Assembly (NCBI GenBank): GCA_977018835.1
Contig: OZ361259.1
Coordinates: 1,488,001-1,552,000, forward strand
Direction: 5' to 3'
Source of the DNA: Minutocellus sp. GHC0000111
Taxonomy: Eukaryota
DNA length: 64,000 nt
Positions within the stretch are counted from its first letter, which is position 1. The number at the start of each line of letters is the position of its first letter. Below, in pieces: positions 24,352 through 36,201 of the stretch. The position numbers were made by a program, and so were the translations under genes. Under the pieces are notes generated by a model that saw only the letters and a list, made by a program, of their open reading frames with translations, did not search any database and was not told the DNA's origin.

Positions 24352-25902
24352 ATGGCGGACAAATCAGAATTATCGTCAACAAAGAAGGCCGGTGGTGGAA
24401 ACAATTGGTTCGTGAACGTCCAGCGAGGTCTCGCCAATCAGGCGGAACGGGCGCGAGAAGCCCAGGAGGCAAAGGAGGCTGGCAAAATTTGGAATCCCAA
24501 GACCAAGGAATGGTACTTCTACACCATTGAGGATGACCTCAGGGAGGTGGAAGCAGCTCTGCAAGAGAGCGGTGCCGCCGGTTCTGCCCCCGGCAGTATG
24601 CATGGCGGCACGGAGGACGAGCGCAAGGTCAAAGATAGAGAGTACTACGATCTGCTCGGAGTATCTACCAACGCAGACGAGAATCAAATAAAAAAGGCGT
24701 ACTACAAGAAGGCTCGAACGTGCCATCCCGACAAGAATCCCGGGGACGAAGAGGCCAAGGCACGTTTCCAAGAGCTCGGTAAGGCATATCAAACGCTTTC
24801 AGACGCGCAGCTCCGTGCAGCATACGATAGAGACGGTAAAAGCGAGGGCAATGACAGTGAAATGACCAACAACGTGGATGCATTTGTATTTTTCAACGTA
24901 ATGTTTGGATCTGCGCTTGTTGAGCCGTACATAGGCGAGTTGTGGATTGCCGGGCAGGCTGATTCCATGATGAAAGACCAAGCGATGCAGGAGCCTATCG
25001 ACGAGTCTCTCCCCGACGAAGAGAAGCATAAGATTGCATATGAGCGCTATCGGAAAATGAAAGAAAGTGACGAGCTAAAGCAGCGAAGAAGACAGGCGAA
25101 GTGCGCCAAAAATCTCCTTGAACGAATCAGCCCCTTTGTGAATGGCGAATTATCGGAGGAGGATTTTGTGACAGGCTGCAGAGACGAGGCGAGTCGGATC
25201 GCCAACGGAGCGTTCGGAGAAGTTTTCATGATCACAATCGGATATAGTCTCATGGTATCGGCAGAGGAGTACATCGGCTTCAAAACCAGCTTCCTCGGGC
25301 TTGGTGGTCACGCCGCCCGAACGAAACAAAACGCTTCAAGCTTTGGCGCCAATATGAAATTGATCGGCGCCGGTTTCAAGGCAATTGGTGCTGGCTCGCG
25401 TGCCATGGTAGAGGCCGAGAACTTGCAGAAGAAGGCGGAAGAGACTGGCGAAGAGCTCGATGCGTCGGCAGCGGCCGAAATGGCCGAGGCCCTGGATGAT
25501 TCTTTGCCAACTTTCCTTGAGTTTGCCTGGGCTGTGAACAAGAAGGATATACAGTCAACGCTCAAAGCGGTCTGTAAGAAGCTGTTTGATGATTCCAGTG
25601 GCAAGGACAACAGTAAGGAATTGAGACTCAAGCGAGCGGAAGCTGTCAAGATTCTAGGCCGTGAGTTTCTTGTCATTGGTAGACAAGCCAAAAAGTCAAA
25701 GCCATCTGACAATAAAGTTGATGCCGATGATATTAAGGCTCGGGTGGAGGTCGCTACGCGTACAACAATGGCAAAGGCTCAAGGTCAAGAGCTTTCAGAG
25801 GAAGATCCTGAGGAGATGATTCGAATGGCCAAGCAAATGTCGCTGGACGCAAAAAATCAGAAAGAAGACGGCAGCACCGATGCCGATGCCAATTCTTCGT
25901 AG
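24352..25902 (+). CDS. DnaJ protein with DnaJ-X domain
   Basis: YYDLLGV..IKKAYYKKARTCHPDKNP..FQELGKAYQTLSD; X domain FGS..VEPYIGEL, LKRAEAVKILG. Confidence 0.9.
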   Translation: MADKSELSSTKKAGGGNNWFVNVQRGLANQAERAREAQEAKEAGKIWNPKTKEWYFYTIEDDLREVEAALQESGAAGSAPGSMHGGTEDERKVKDREYYDLLGVSTNADENQIKKAYYKKARTCHPDKNPGDEEAKARFQELGKAYQTLSDAQLRAAYDRDGKSEGNDSEMTNNVDAFVFFNVMFGSALVEPYIGELWIAGQADSMMKDQAMQEPIDESLPDEEKHKIAYERYRKMKESDELKQRRRQAKCAKNLLERISPFVNGELSEEDFVTGCRDEASRIANGAFGEVFMITIGYSLMVSAEEYIGFKTSFLGLGGHAARTKQNASSFGANMKLIGAGFKAIGAGSRAMVEAENLQKKAEETGEELDASAAAEMAEALDDSLPTFLEFAWAVNKKDIQSTLKAVCKKLFDDSSGKDNSKELRLKRAEAVKILGREFLVIGRQAKKSKPSDNKVDADDIKARVEVATRTTMAKAQGQELSEEDPEEMIRMAKQMSLDAKNQKEDGSTDADANSS

Positions 25903-25943
25903 ATGTAATATTTCTAGTACCAGTAGATGTCGTGTCGGTAAAC

Positions 25944-27760
25944 CTAGATATTAATCGCTTTCACTCCCGATGTAATACTTGCCAAGCTGGCGTCGTCGTG
26001 AATTGTGCTCTGGTCATCTACCCCACGGAGATATCTCTCTTTTTCCAGACTCAAGCGTTGTTTAGCCCTTTTGGCTTCCGAAGACCAATCTAATGTGCTC
26101 GTATACGCTGCCAATAAGAGAAAGTGTAGCCATGTACCAATCGTCATGCCTCCAACTAGCCCGACAACTCCACAAAACGATCGTCCTTCACAGTCTGTAG
26201 ACCCATCAGATCGGATAAGGCCATGTGATATGCGAGGGGTAGGGCAGTTACCCAATAAGCGATGATGATAATTGGAACGAGTGCACATTGACGACCGCAA
26301 CCTTTTATCACTGCGTTGAGAGCTACTTGTAACCCATCTCCGACGACATACAACGACAATAGCGGTATCGTTTTTGTGGTCATTTGAATCAATTCGATGT
26401 CAACAGTAAAGAGCGACGGAAAGGTGCTATGCGGTGTAAAGTATAGAATTGCACCAAGAGTAGCGCTAAGCACTCCAGCAACAAATACGCAAACTCTCGA
26501 GGCAAGCCTTGCACCGTCAACGTTGCCGGCCCCGAGTCCATTTCCAATGCGTGCACTTCCACCAACTGACATTCCAACGGGGAACATAAAGCAAGAGGAA
26601 TTGATCGATTGATATAGAGTCATGCTTCCTAAAGCAATATTTGGATCCGGGTGCAGTCTACCAGCAAGAAAGATGGATATTTCAGATGCCCACCATTCCG
26701 AGATAGCAATCACTCCTGGCAATGCCAGAGTTATGTACTCTATAATGCCCTCGAAATTAGAAATGGCAGCCCTTGCCTCGCACCAGAAAGACAAATGTGT
26801 CCTACCGACACCCTTGGCACCAACCTGCTCCAGCAGCCTCAAGCGCCCATGTGAAGTGCCCTTTAAATACAAGAACATCAGGATCGGTTGTATCACCTGA
26901 AATGCTGAAGTTGCAACGCCGACTCCCAGCCAGCCTAACCCAACAACGTAAATAAAGAAGAAATTGAATGGTACGTGTAAGAGTGCACCAACACCTGCTG
27001 CGTAAGCCGGAATGTCTGCGAGTTCGACGGTTTGCAGCCAAGCAGTTAATGTCCAATTCACTGAATATCCCCACAACCCAGCAGTCAATATGCGCAGATA
27101 GGACTCAGTCATAGTCGACAGCTCTTCTCCTTGCCCCAAGAATAGCAGCAGTGGTTTGATCCCAACCAGCCAACATGCACCAACGGGCAGAACAAAGGCA
27201 AGCTGAATGAAGATACCCCGGTATAAAAAGACAAGAGGTAGAATGGGCGATTTGTCTGAGCCCAAATATTCGGAGTGCTCGGACATGACTGTGCATGTTT
27301 CCTCTCCTTGCACACTAATGCTTGTTGCGATCAAAGCCGACGTTTCATTCGTGTGAGCAGCGTCTCCCATGATCACTACTTCACCAAGCGGTGGCGATAG
27401 CGGTGATGCAGTCGAGTCGCCGCCGTTTCCCTTTGTATCTCTCCCCTTCATCCGTTTCCCTCTCCAGGCAGACTCTTTTCGCAAGACTTCGGCCTGTGCA
27501 ATCAGTTGGCCGCGCGCTTGAGCAGTGAGCGTCGTGATGGCCGAGCTTAAACCCACGCTCAAGGACATACCCGTAACATTGCACAGCGTAGTTGCCAATG
27601 CCGCGGCCGCCAGCTCTTTAGCGCCAATTTTTCCTACGAATGCCAACGATATCAACCACGGAACCTTGTACAAAAGCATTGATAAGGTGGCAGGAACGGA
27701 CGTCCGAAGCTGAGCACGCAGCTCAACGAAAGACGAAGAAGCGAGTGATTTTGTCCCCAT
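25944..27760 (-). CDS. MATE family efflux transporter (frameshift near 26217)
   Basis: FVGKIGAKELAAAALA, LALPG..ISEWWASE, RIGNGLGAG, DGLQVALNAVIKGCGRQ; the last helix and DWSSEA are in ORF 25944-26300. Confidence 0.9.
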
Positions 27761-28105
27761 GACAGTTATTCCGCCTACGCCTAAAAATGCAGCGACCGAT
27801 GGTTGAAATGTATTACTAGTAGGCTAGGTCGCCTCGCGGTTGCCTCTATGCCAACTCACCTCTCCAATCAATCTCTGAAATCGATCGGCAAGTCTAAGTC
27901 ATCGCACAGTTTTCATTTAAAAAGAAACCCGGAGGTTTGTGATTTCCCGCAAACCGCCACCCGCCCGCCACCCGCCACCCCGGCATCGGAACCCCGGCAT
28001 GCACCGACCACGGAGATCATCAGACAGTCGCCAGCGAGCGAACGACCACAACCAACCGGAGCAATTGCCGAAGGCTGTACTGTTCGAAGGAAAATCGCCG
28101 CGAAT

Positions 28106-28645
28106 ATGGGAGATAATAGTTCTGCCATTACAGACGCTGTGGACAACACTACACCAGCAGTCGCTCCGAGTGCGAGTGAGGGTGCCGACAGTTCCGCTTT
28201 CGTCAACAAAGGTGAAGAAAAAAATTTCATTTGGTACCATCCTGTTGATCCTGAACCTGGTCTATGTGGCTTGTGGCCGGCCAAGTTGATGTGGTGAAAG
28301 GATATTCGACGCTATACTATGCGACTTTTTCCCATCTCACTCTTCCCTCATTCTACCGATGTACCACGCACAGGATTGCAACGCTGGGAAGAAGTACGAT
28401 CTTCATGGCTCAAGAAGACGGAGGGAGGAGGAATGGAGCCCTCTCACACTGCAATCAGTATTGACGTGGATGAAATAATAGACATTGTCATATCAAATCG
28501 GTGGAGAGATGCGCCGGCAAAAAGTAAAAAGGGCGGAAAGGCTGGGGCGAAAATTGACGGATGCTCCTTTTCACATCCAATACCATTGCCTCAAATGATA
28601 GATGTGCTCACAGACTTGTGGGAGGCCGAGGGCCTTGAAATGTGA
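28106..28645 (+). CDS. DUF4050 (Gag1-like clamp) small protein; 2 exons (28106-28211, 28374-28645)
   Basis: Spliced FVNKG-LQRWEEVRSSWL and C-terminal FSHPIPLPQMIDVLTDLWEAEGL. Confidence 0.78.
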
Positions 28646-29124
28646 TAGTAAGTGTCTTTAGATACAAGGGATGCATGCTCACGATAGCAGTATAGTACTG
28701 GGTCCATGGTATAACGTTCGGAAACTACAATCGTATAACTCTCTTTCATGCCAAGGGAATTAACAATTTAAGTCTCTCAACATTTTAATTAAATATGCGT
28801 CGCTGCCTCCTATTGCGCATGTGTGTATGTGTATGTGTATGTGCATTTTATCCCATGTTGCTGGACCAAGCCAAACCAAATAGTCATTTGGGAAAGAAGT
28901 ATCATTCCAGACGAACAGATTGGAGTTACGGTGTGCCGAAAGATCGGATCCAATATTCAATCATTATCATCGTCACTCTTTTGCTTTGCCCCTCTGCACC
29001 TCAGAAAATTGGAAGTGCGGTCAACAAGAGAGTTTCTGTCTCAGCCGCACTGCCATCACCCAAAGCCAATGGAATGAAGGGAAAGCCAGCCAACCGGCCG
29101 CGTGAACATGATCCTCTTTGCGAC

Positions 29125-29460
29125 TCAATAAACCCGTACGCATCTAATTCGTGTCCGCATATTGAGCTGTGAGTGCTTGCAGGTGTAATACGCATTGCGT
29201 TGCGCCCGCCAATCGTCCGATTCCACTGGATCCTTCATGCAATCCATAATGCCCTTCTTGTCCTTCTTGACGCAATCCGTCTGCTCCATGCAGGTGAGGA
29301 GACTGAGGGCGGCCTCGGAACACTTCTTCGGCTGAGGTGGCAACGAGAGGAGATCAGAAGATGAGAAAATGAAATGGGTCATTGCACAAACGCCTGGGCA
29401 AGAGGTCGTAAGATGCTAAAGTCCCACCACCAACAAACATCTGGAGGGCATCCTCACCAT
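29125..29460 (-). CDS. COA5: Cytochrome c oxidase assembly factor 5 (Pet191); coding exon 1 is the ATG only (29458-29460), exon 2 is 29331-29125
   Basis: ATG|GTGAGG...CTCAG|CCG gives MPKKCSEAALSLLTCMEQTDCV..DCMK..RNAYYTCKHSQLNMRTRIR. Confidence 0.8.
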
Positions 29461-29791
29461 TTTGACTGATGCAAGCTACCAATACTACGTAGTAATACGA
29501 TTGCACTCGTCGTCAGCTGACCGATTTGCAATGATATGATCAGCAATTTCGGTCGACGGACGGACATATGCCCTCAAAGTGTTTGCGTATTGCACTCCCA
29601 TCATCGTCCGTCCGCCATCCGCATCCGCCCGGCGGACTGCTCCGCGCCACAGAACAACCCAGAGCAACCGGCGGCATCACGCGAGGGTATCGACACCAAG
29701 ATTACTGAGTAGTGCCACCTGCTAGCTAGCTAACCAGCTATCCGGCATTTATATTGATTGATAGTTTGTTTGAATAGTCGCCACTTCAATC

Positions 29792-31794
29792 ATGCTAGTC
29801 CTTTTCGAGACCCCGGCGGGTTACTCGCTCTTTCAGGTGCGTGTGACATGTGGCAGGCAATTCGTGGGATGACTTTTCGGAATCTTGACGAGCCGGGCCA
29901 CGCTTGGTGGCATCTGGCAGGCTTCACTATGCTATGTATGATTGAGCTGGGCATAGCGCCGCGCGTGTAATGTTTTGCGGTTGCCGGCGTCTTTAATCCA
30001 TTCGAACTTATCATGATTACCTAACTTTTATTATCATATCCGAACTCTCCCCCGCCTCCTGCCCACTGCCCCGCCCGATCTTCCGACGTCGCGAACCTAC
30101 ATTACGCTTTCATCGCCCCTTGAACACACCGTCCGAACCACCTCTATTGCATAACAGGTATCCGACGAGAAGAAGCTTAAAAAGACCGATGCCGATGACA
30201 TGTATGACAAATTCTTCTCCAATGAGGACAAAGCCAAGTCGATGCTCAACCTCGTCTCGTTCCAGCCCTTTTCGGACACCGCCGACGCCGTTTCGGCTGC
30301 CGCGGCTTGCATCGAGGGTAAGGTGAACAAGTCCCTCAAATCGTTCCTCAAGAAGCAGCTGAAGAAGAAGGGCGGGGAAAGCCTCGCCGTCGCTGACAAG
30401 GCTCTGGCCTCGAGCATCAAGGACAAGCTCTCGTGCAGCGTCGTTAACGACGCCAAGACCGCGGAGCTGTTCCGTGGCATCCGCTGCTACATGGACGAGC
30501 TCATGGAGGCCGGCGATGATGAGGCCGGTGGCGTGAGCGGTGCCGATCTCCGTTGCTATGCAGCTTGGTCTTTCCCATTCGCTTTCCCGCTACAAGCTCA
30601 AGTTCTCTGCCGATAAGGTCGACACCATGGTCATCCAGGCTGTCGGCCTTCTCGATGAGCTGGATAAGGAGATCAACACTTATGCCATGCGCGTCAAGGA
30701 GTGGTATGGATGGCACTTTCCAGGTAAGTGATTTTGTCGTTGCACGAGATAAAGGTGTGGCAGGCAGGGGTAGTGTCTTTTATTGTTTCGTGCAGCTGGC
30801 CGATACTTCCTGTTACTGTTGCTGACTCACTCATTTTTTACGTGTCGTGCAAACAACTCAACCTCTTGATCCCGTTACACAAACAGAGATGCAAGGAATT
30901 GTAAACGACAACGCGCAATATGCCAAGGTCGTGCTTTCCTGTGGTTATCGGTCGAAATTCAAGGGCACAGATATGTCACAAATTCTGGAAGATGAGAATG
31001 TTGAAACCGCCCTCAAGGAGGCGGCGGAGGTTTCCATGGGAACGGAGATCTCGGACATTGACGTAATTAACATTCAGTCCCTGGCCGAGCAGGTTCTCAG
31101 TATGACCGAATACCGCGCACAGCTCTTCGAATATCTTAAGAACCGGATGAATGCCATTGCGCCCAACTTAACCATTCTGGTTGGGGAGCTCGTTGGTGCC
31201 AGATTGATTTCTCATGCCGGCTCGCTCATGAATCTCGCCAAGGCTCCTGCGTCAACCGTGCAGATTCTTGGTGCCGAGAAGGACCTCTTCCGAGCTCTCA
31301 AGACCAAGCATGACACGCCCAAGTATGGTCTCATTTACCACGCCTCTCTTATTGGCCATGCGGCACCCAAGCATAAGGGCAAGATCAGCCGTGTCCTTGC
31401 CGCCAAGGCAGCTCTGGCCACCAGAGTTGATGCCCTTTCGGATGAAACCTCCGAAACTGTTGACACAACCATCGGTTACGAAGGCCGTGCCAAGGTTGAG
31501 GCCCGATTGCGACAATTGGAGGGTGGAAGTGGTGCCATCGTGGCTTCGGCCAACAAGGACGGTGCCCTCACCTCCGGCAAGACCGCCAAGTACAATCCCG
31601 TGGCTGCGAAATCGGCAGCAGCATCAGGCTACAATGATTCCAACGATATGGTTCTGGATGCCGATGGTAACAGCGATGACAGCAGTCCGAAGAAGAAGAA
31701 GGACAAGAAGAAAAAGAAGGACAAAAAGCGCAAGGCCGAGGATGGCGACGATTCACCAAAGAAGAAGAAAAAGAAGAAGAAGTCCAAGGAGTAG
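29792..31794 (+). CDS. NOP58: Nucleolar protein 58 (box C/D snoRNP); 3 exons (29792-29836, 30158-30723, about 30886-31794), 1-nt insertion near 30553
   Basis: [11 protein letters not shown] start; [51 protein letters not shown]; Lys-rich tail. Confidence 0.95.
29856..29985 (+). ncRNA. Candidate intronic box C/D snoRNA-like / K-turn structured RNA
   Basis: C-like box GGGATGA (29866-29872), 12-nt segment CTTTTCGGAATC, D'-like TTGA (29885-29888), two further hairpins and closing stem GGCAAT/GTTGCC; no canonical CTGA D box found. Confidence 0.42.
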
Positions 31795-32447
31795 ATCTAT
31801 CTACAGCTGTGAACTTGTGCTGGACGCTCTGTATGCAGATCGACGGTACCGGTAGATCTATGTAGGCCGGCAACCCTCTCCAAATCTCTCTTCAATTAGA
31901 TCTAGATCTATTGTAGCCGGTGATGCGAATTGTAAATTTAAGGAAATCCTATTGCATACATGTAGAATGAGAGATCCATCGAACGTGAAATGTAACGTTA
32001 CATGCAAGTGTGCAGGTACATGTACCGGTAGATCTAGTTCCGGTGAGACTCGACAACTCGGCTCACTCCCCTCCCTCTGCAGCTTTCTTTCAACTTGCAA
32101 CGGCTCGCGCTCGGCTCTGCTCTCTCATGCTCTCATGCTCTCTCGCTCTCGCTCTCGCTCTTCTTCTATCGTCTTTCTGTCGCCCGTTTAGTTCGTCCGT
32201 CGCTCGGTAAACACCCGGATAAGAAAAGGCTTTGATGTGACGTCAAATGCCAGATGCCATGTTCTTCGGTGTCCGATTTACTTATTGATTTTTTTTCCGC
32301 CTATCATCAGTTGAAGTGCAGCTTTCTTTTGATATTATTATTGCCGCTGGACTGGACGGTCGGAAACGGTCGCCGGAACAAACAACAGGCTTGAAAGCGT
32401 TCCGCCATGAATTCCTGGCACTTTTCAACCAACGAACCTTCAACGCA

Positions 32448-33206
32448 ATGGTCCCAATCAACCAAACCTCCGCAATACCCCGGACCTCTACCGGCTTGAG
32501 GCTTCGTCAACGCGACTCTATGCCCGCGGAACGATTGCCGAAGCTGTCCCTGGCCAGCGCCGCAGTTGATGGTCGTGGTATCTACAACGGTCATAGTCAG
32601 CACAAGCAGTCCTCGCCAACAACTGCAACAACTCCGAGGCCAGCTGGCAGCCACCCATCAAGGCCCATCCCCCTCCCCCGCACCCACATAACCCGCACTG
32701 CCTCCGAGCTGCAGCTGCGGGAGGACATGGCCGTCGCCGAGTGGCGCGAGATGTGCATGTTCTGGCGCCTCGTCGACGGGATGAAGGAGCGTCAGCAAGC
32801 ACAACATCAACACGTGACATCGTGCCATAAACAGCGTGCGGCCTACGGAGATTCCCAAGATTCCACCCCCCACCCTTCTTCAGGGACGCAGCAGCAGCAG
32901 CTCCCCACAACCATTACTCCTCAAGAACCCCCCGTCTTTATCGAAGACTCCAACCGATCAGCATACCTGGTTGAGATGCTCCATAGAGCATCTCAGCTTG
33001 GCGACCCCACCGGGACTGAGACGACGACGACGACGACGACTTTCAACAGCAGCAGTATAAGCGCTACCGCTATCAACGACAAGCAGCGACAAGAGCAGGC
33101 ACAGCTTCAAGGCAACGGGTGGCCTCATTCAACGGCCATTCCGTCCTATGTTCATAACGACGACGAGGAGGGTGAAGACGAGGGTATCTTCACCCTTGAC
33201 ATGTAA
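32448..33206 (+). CDS. Diatom-family hypothetical protein
   Basis: SRPIPLP.THI.RTASELQL.ED..VAEWRE.CMF.RLVDGM core and acidic EGIFTLDM C-terminus. Confidence 0.7.
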   Translation: MVPINQTSAIPRTSTGLRLRQRDSMPAERLPKLSLASAAVDGRGIYNGHSQHKQSSPTTATTPRPAGSHPSRPIPLPRTHITRTASELQLREDMAVAEWREMCMFWRLVDGMKERQQAQHQHVTSCHKQRAAYGDSQDSTPHPSSGTQQQQLPTTITPQEPPVFIEDSNRSAYLVEMLHRASQLGDPTGTETTTTTTTFNSSSISATAINDKQRQEQAQLQGNGWPHSTAIPSYVHNDDEEGEDEGIFTLDM

Positions 33207-33746
33207 ATAAATCACGGCAAGAGCTACGTAGCACATAGTAAAGCCATGCCCGCAATCACATATCAACGCCACATTGAACACATACAACACATTCGCTACC
33301 AATACTGCACATATATGTCATTGATAGACAAGCTAATAGAGAATCACAATCCTAGCTAGAGAGAGACTTGAAGCTAATTGAAAGATAACTTTTACATGTA
33401 AACATAGAAATCTAACTTGAGTCTGCCTGATCCGTACCCGCAACAATTTATTTTCTAGCTCTTTTTCTGCAACGACCAGCCACTTGCAATCACACGAATT
33501 AGAATTCAGGCCTGCATCGAGGCCTGATTGGAAGGGGTCATTCATCATCACAGCCAACCGGCAATCATCTTCGTGCGTGCGTACACGCAGACGGGAAGAA
33601 ACGTCTCCAGCACAAAAGAACTCGCCGGTCGATGGACAGACAGGGTAACGGTTGATGGACAGACAAAATTTGGACGGCTGGCGAGTGGCGTGAGTGGCGC
33701 GCGAAGCAAAAACCCAGCTCATCATCATTTCGATTTCGCCACTTCA

Positions 33747-35316
33747 ATGCCCGCCACTTCTTGGACGACCCAACACATCCTTTTTCTTCTGCCGCTCGTC
33801 CTCCTCGTTTCGTCACCCCAAGTATTTGCATTTACCGCCGCCATGTCCTCCACTCGAATGTTGTCACCCGTGTCTCCCGCCGACGTGTCCATGGAGATCA
33901 AGGATCCAGTCGATCCCACCGCCCTCGGGCAGGCCAAGGACATCATCGCCGAGCTGCGACCTTCGCCAAACGGTGCCGTCGACGCTGCCAAGCTCCTGGA
34001 GGTGGCCAAGCGCCTTGGGGACATTCCCGCCGACCACGCCGGATCTTACACCGTGTCGGCTGAGGACTGCAAGAAGGCCTTCGATGCTCTGGCCGAGGCC
34101 GACCGCAGCGCCCTTGTTAACATCCACCAGCGGGTCAAGACGTTTGCCGATGCGCAGAGAAAGAGCGTTACGGACATTGAGATCGACATCCCCGGACGCA
34201 AGGCTGGACACACCGTCAGTCCCTGCAGAGGTATGTTTTTCGTATTGTGGCTGCCTATTTTGTCTGCTCCCCATTGCATCTCCAGCAACAAGCACGATAC
34301 GATATGCTCACACATTCATTCTTACTTACTTTTCTTGTTTTGTAGCTGCTGGGTGCTACGCACCTGGAGGTCGCTATCCCCTCCCCTCCTCTGTGATTAT
34401 GACTGCCGTTACGGCACGGGCGGCTGGGTGCGATACGGTCGTTCTCGCCAGTCCCCGCCCGGCGCCCATCACTCTGGCTGCCGATCACATTGCTGGTGCT
34501 GATCTCGTTCTCTGCGTCGGTGGCGCCCAGGCCGTCGCCGCCATGGCCTACGGCGTTGGCGCGTCCGACGCTGGTGTCGCGGTCCCCTCGTGCGACGTCA
34601 TCGTCGGACCTGGAAACAAGTGGGTGACGGCGGCCAAGTCGATCGTTTCGGGTCCCTGTGGTATTGACATGCTTGCCGGTCCGTCGGAGGTGCTGGTGAT
34701 TGCCGATGAAACTGCCAATGCCGAGGTGGTGGCTGCTGACCTTATCGCCCAGGCCGAGCACGATGTGGTGGCCAGGGCTATCCTCCTTTCCAACAGCCAA
34801 AAGATGATTGATGATGTTGATAATGCCGTGGCCGAGCAGTTGGCGTCCCTGCCTGAGCCCAACCAGTCCACCGCGCGCGAGGCCTTCAAGCAGTCCTTTG
34901 CCGTTCTGTGCGATTCGGTCGATGCATGCATTGCCATCAGCGATGACATCGCCCCCGAACACTTGGAAATTCAGACCAAGGATGCCATGGAGGTGGGCAT
35001 GAAGTGCAAGAACTACGGAGGCCTCTTCGTTGGGGAACACGCGGCCGAGGTTTTGGGTGACTACGGCGCTGGTCCTAACCACACCCTTCCCACTGGTGGT
35101 ACTGGTCGCTACACCGGAGGTTTGTCGGTATTCAACTTTCTCCGCATTAGAACTTGGATGAGAATCGATGACAAGGAGGCGAGTCAACCCATGGTAAATG
35201 ACAGCATCGTCATGGCACGGCTGGAGGGACTCGAGGGCCACGCTCGTGCTGCCGAGGCTAGAATTACTACCGTCGAGCCCGCATACAAGATTCAGAAGCA
35301 AAACGGCGGCAACTAA
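33747..35316 (+). CDS. hisD: Histidinol dehydrogenase, probably plastid-targeted; 2 exons (33747-34230, 34346-35316)
   Basis: [79 protein letters not shown]; signal peptide ending VFA-FT. Confidence 0.95.
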
Positions 35317-36201
35317 GTGCATTTATCACCACGCTTCTTCGTGCCCAATGCATGAAAGGAATAGGCTGATTAATGTGAAAAGCAACGAGTCACCGCGCAG
35401 ATTCCAAAATTGTTGTGAGAAGTACATCAGTACATAAATAGAAGAGCTAATTTTGTCTTGTCGGTTTTAATTTTTGCTTTCTTCATGTTGCCTCTGCCTA
35501 CCGCCTTCCAAGTCCAGGAAGGGAGGGAGGTTGGCTTGCTGCTAGCTGTGCTGGAGAGTAATATCGTATCATTCACGCGCTATGCCATTAACCTACCGGC
35601 ACATGTGTGTAGTGTATTCATAATGCCAGTACGATCAAATCGAGGCGGCAGTACCGAGTGAGTGAGTCGAAAGTCAAGTCGTCGAGTCAGGAGTCCAGAC
35701 CTGCAGACCACCGCACCATTCGTTAGAAAGTCTAAGAGGGCGCTGTCCATAACTTTTAGGAAGCCCCCAAAAAGCGTGTTTTGTGCCGTTTTTTCTTCGC
35801 ACCATCGCCAAAGTTAGCACTCCAACGTGACAATGGGCTCCTCATCGAAGGCCGCCGCTCTCCACAGTGGCGAAGAGTCATCGACGTTCCTTTCAGCATT
35901 AAGTCGGAAATCCCTCCAGGAACACTTGGTTCAGAGGAACTTCGATGAATCAACTCTCCCTCAGAAACACAACAGTCGACGCACACGTCATCGTCGGATC
36001 GACCGAAGTTAGTCTCGGCCGACGCATAACCAGCATTGGTGGTGCTGGTGGGAAGATATCTTGAAGTTTTGCTGTTGGGAGGTAAGGGGATATTTGTTTG
36101 GGGTATTTTTGCACGTCTCCCTCATTTGGGGTTCTTTTTGCAAGGCTCTCATCGAAAAGCGCATCTTGCGCCAGAACCGACACAAAACAAAAAAAACAAC
36201 C

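Noticed and set aside
34255..35322. Long antisense ORFs (e.g. 34255-35322, 22392-23366, 19122-19997, 11002-11784)
   Set aside because: Shadow frames of GC-rich real genes on the opposite strand, with no motifs of their own.
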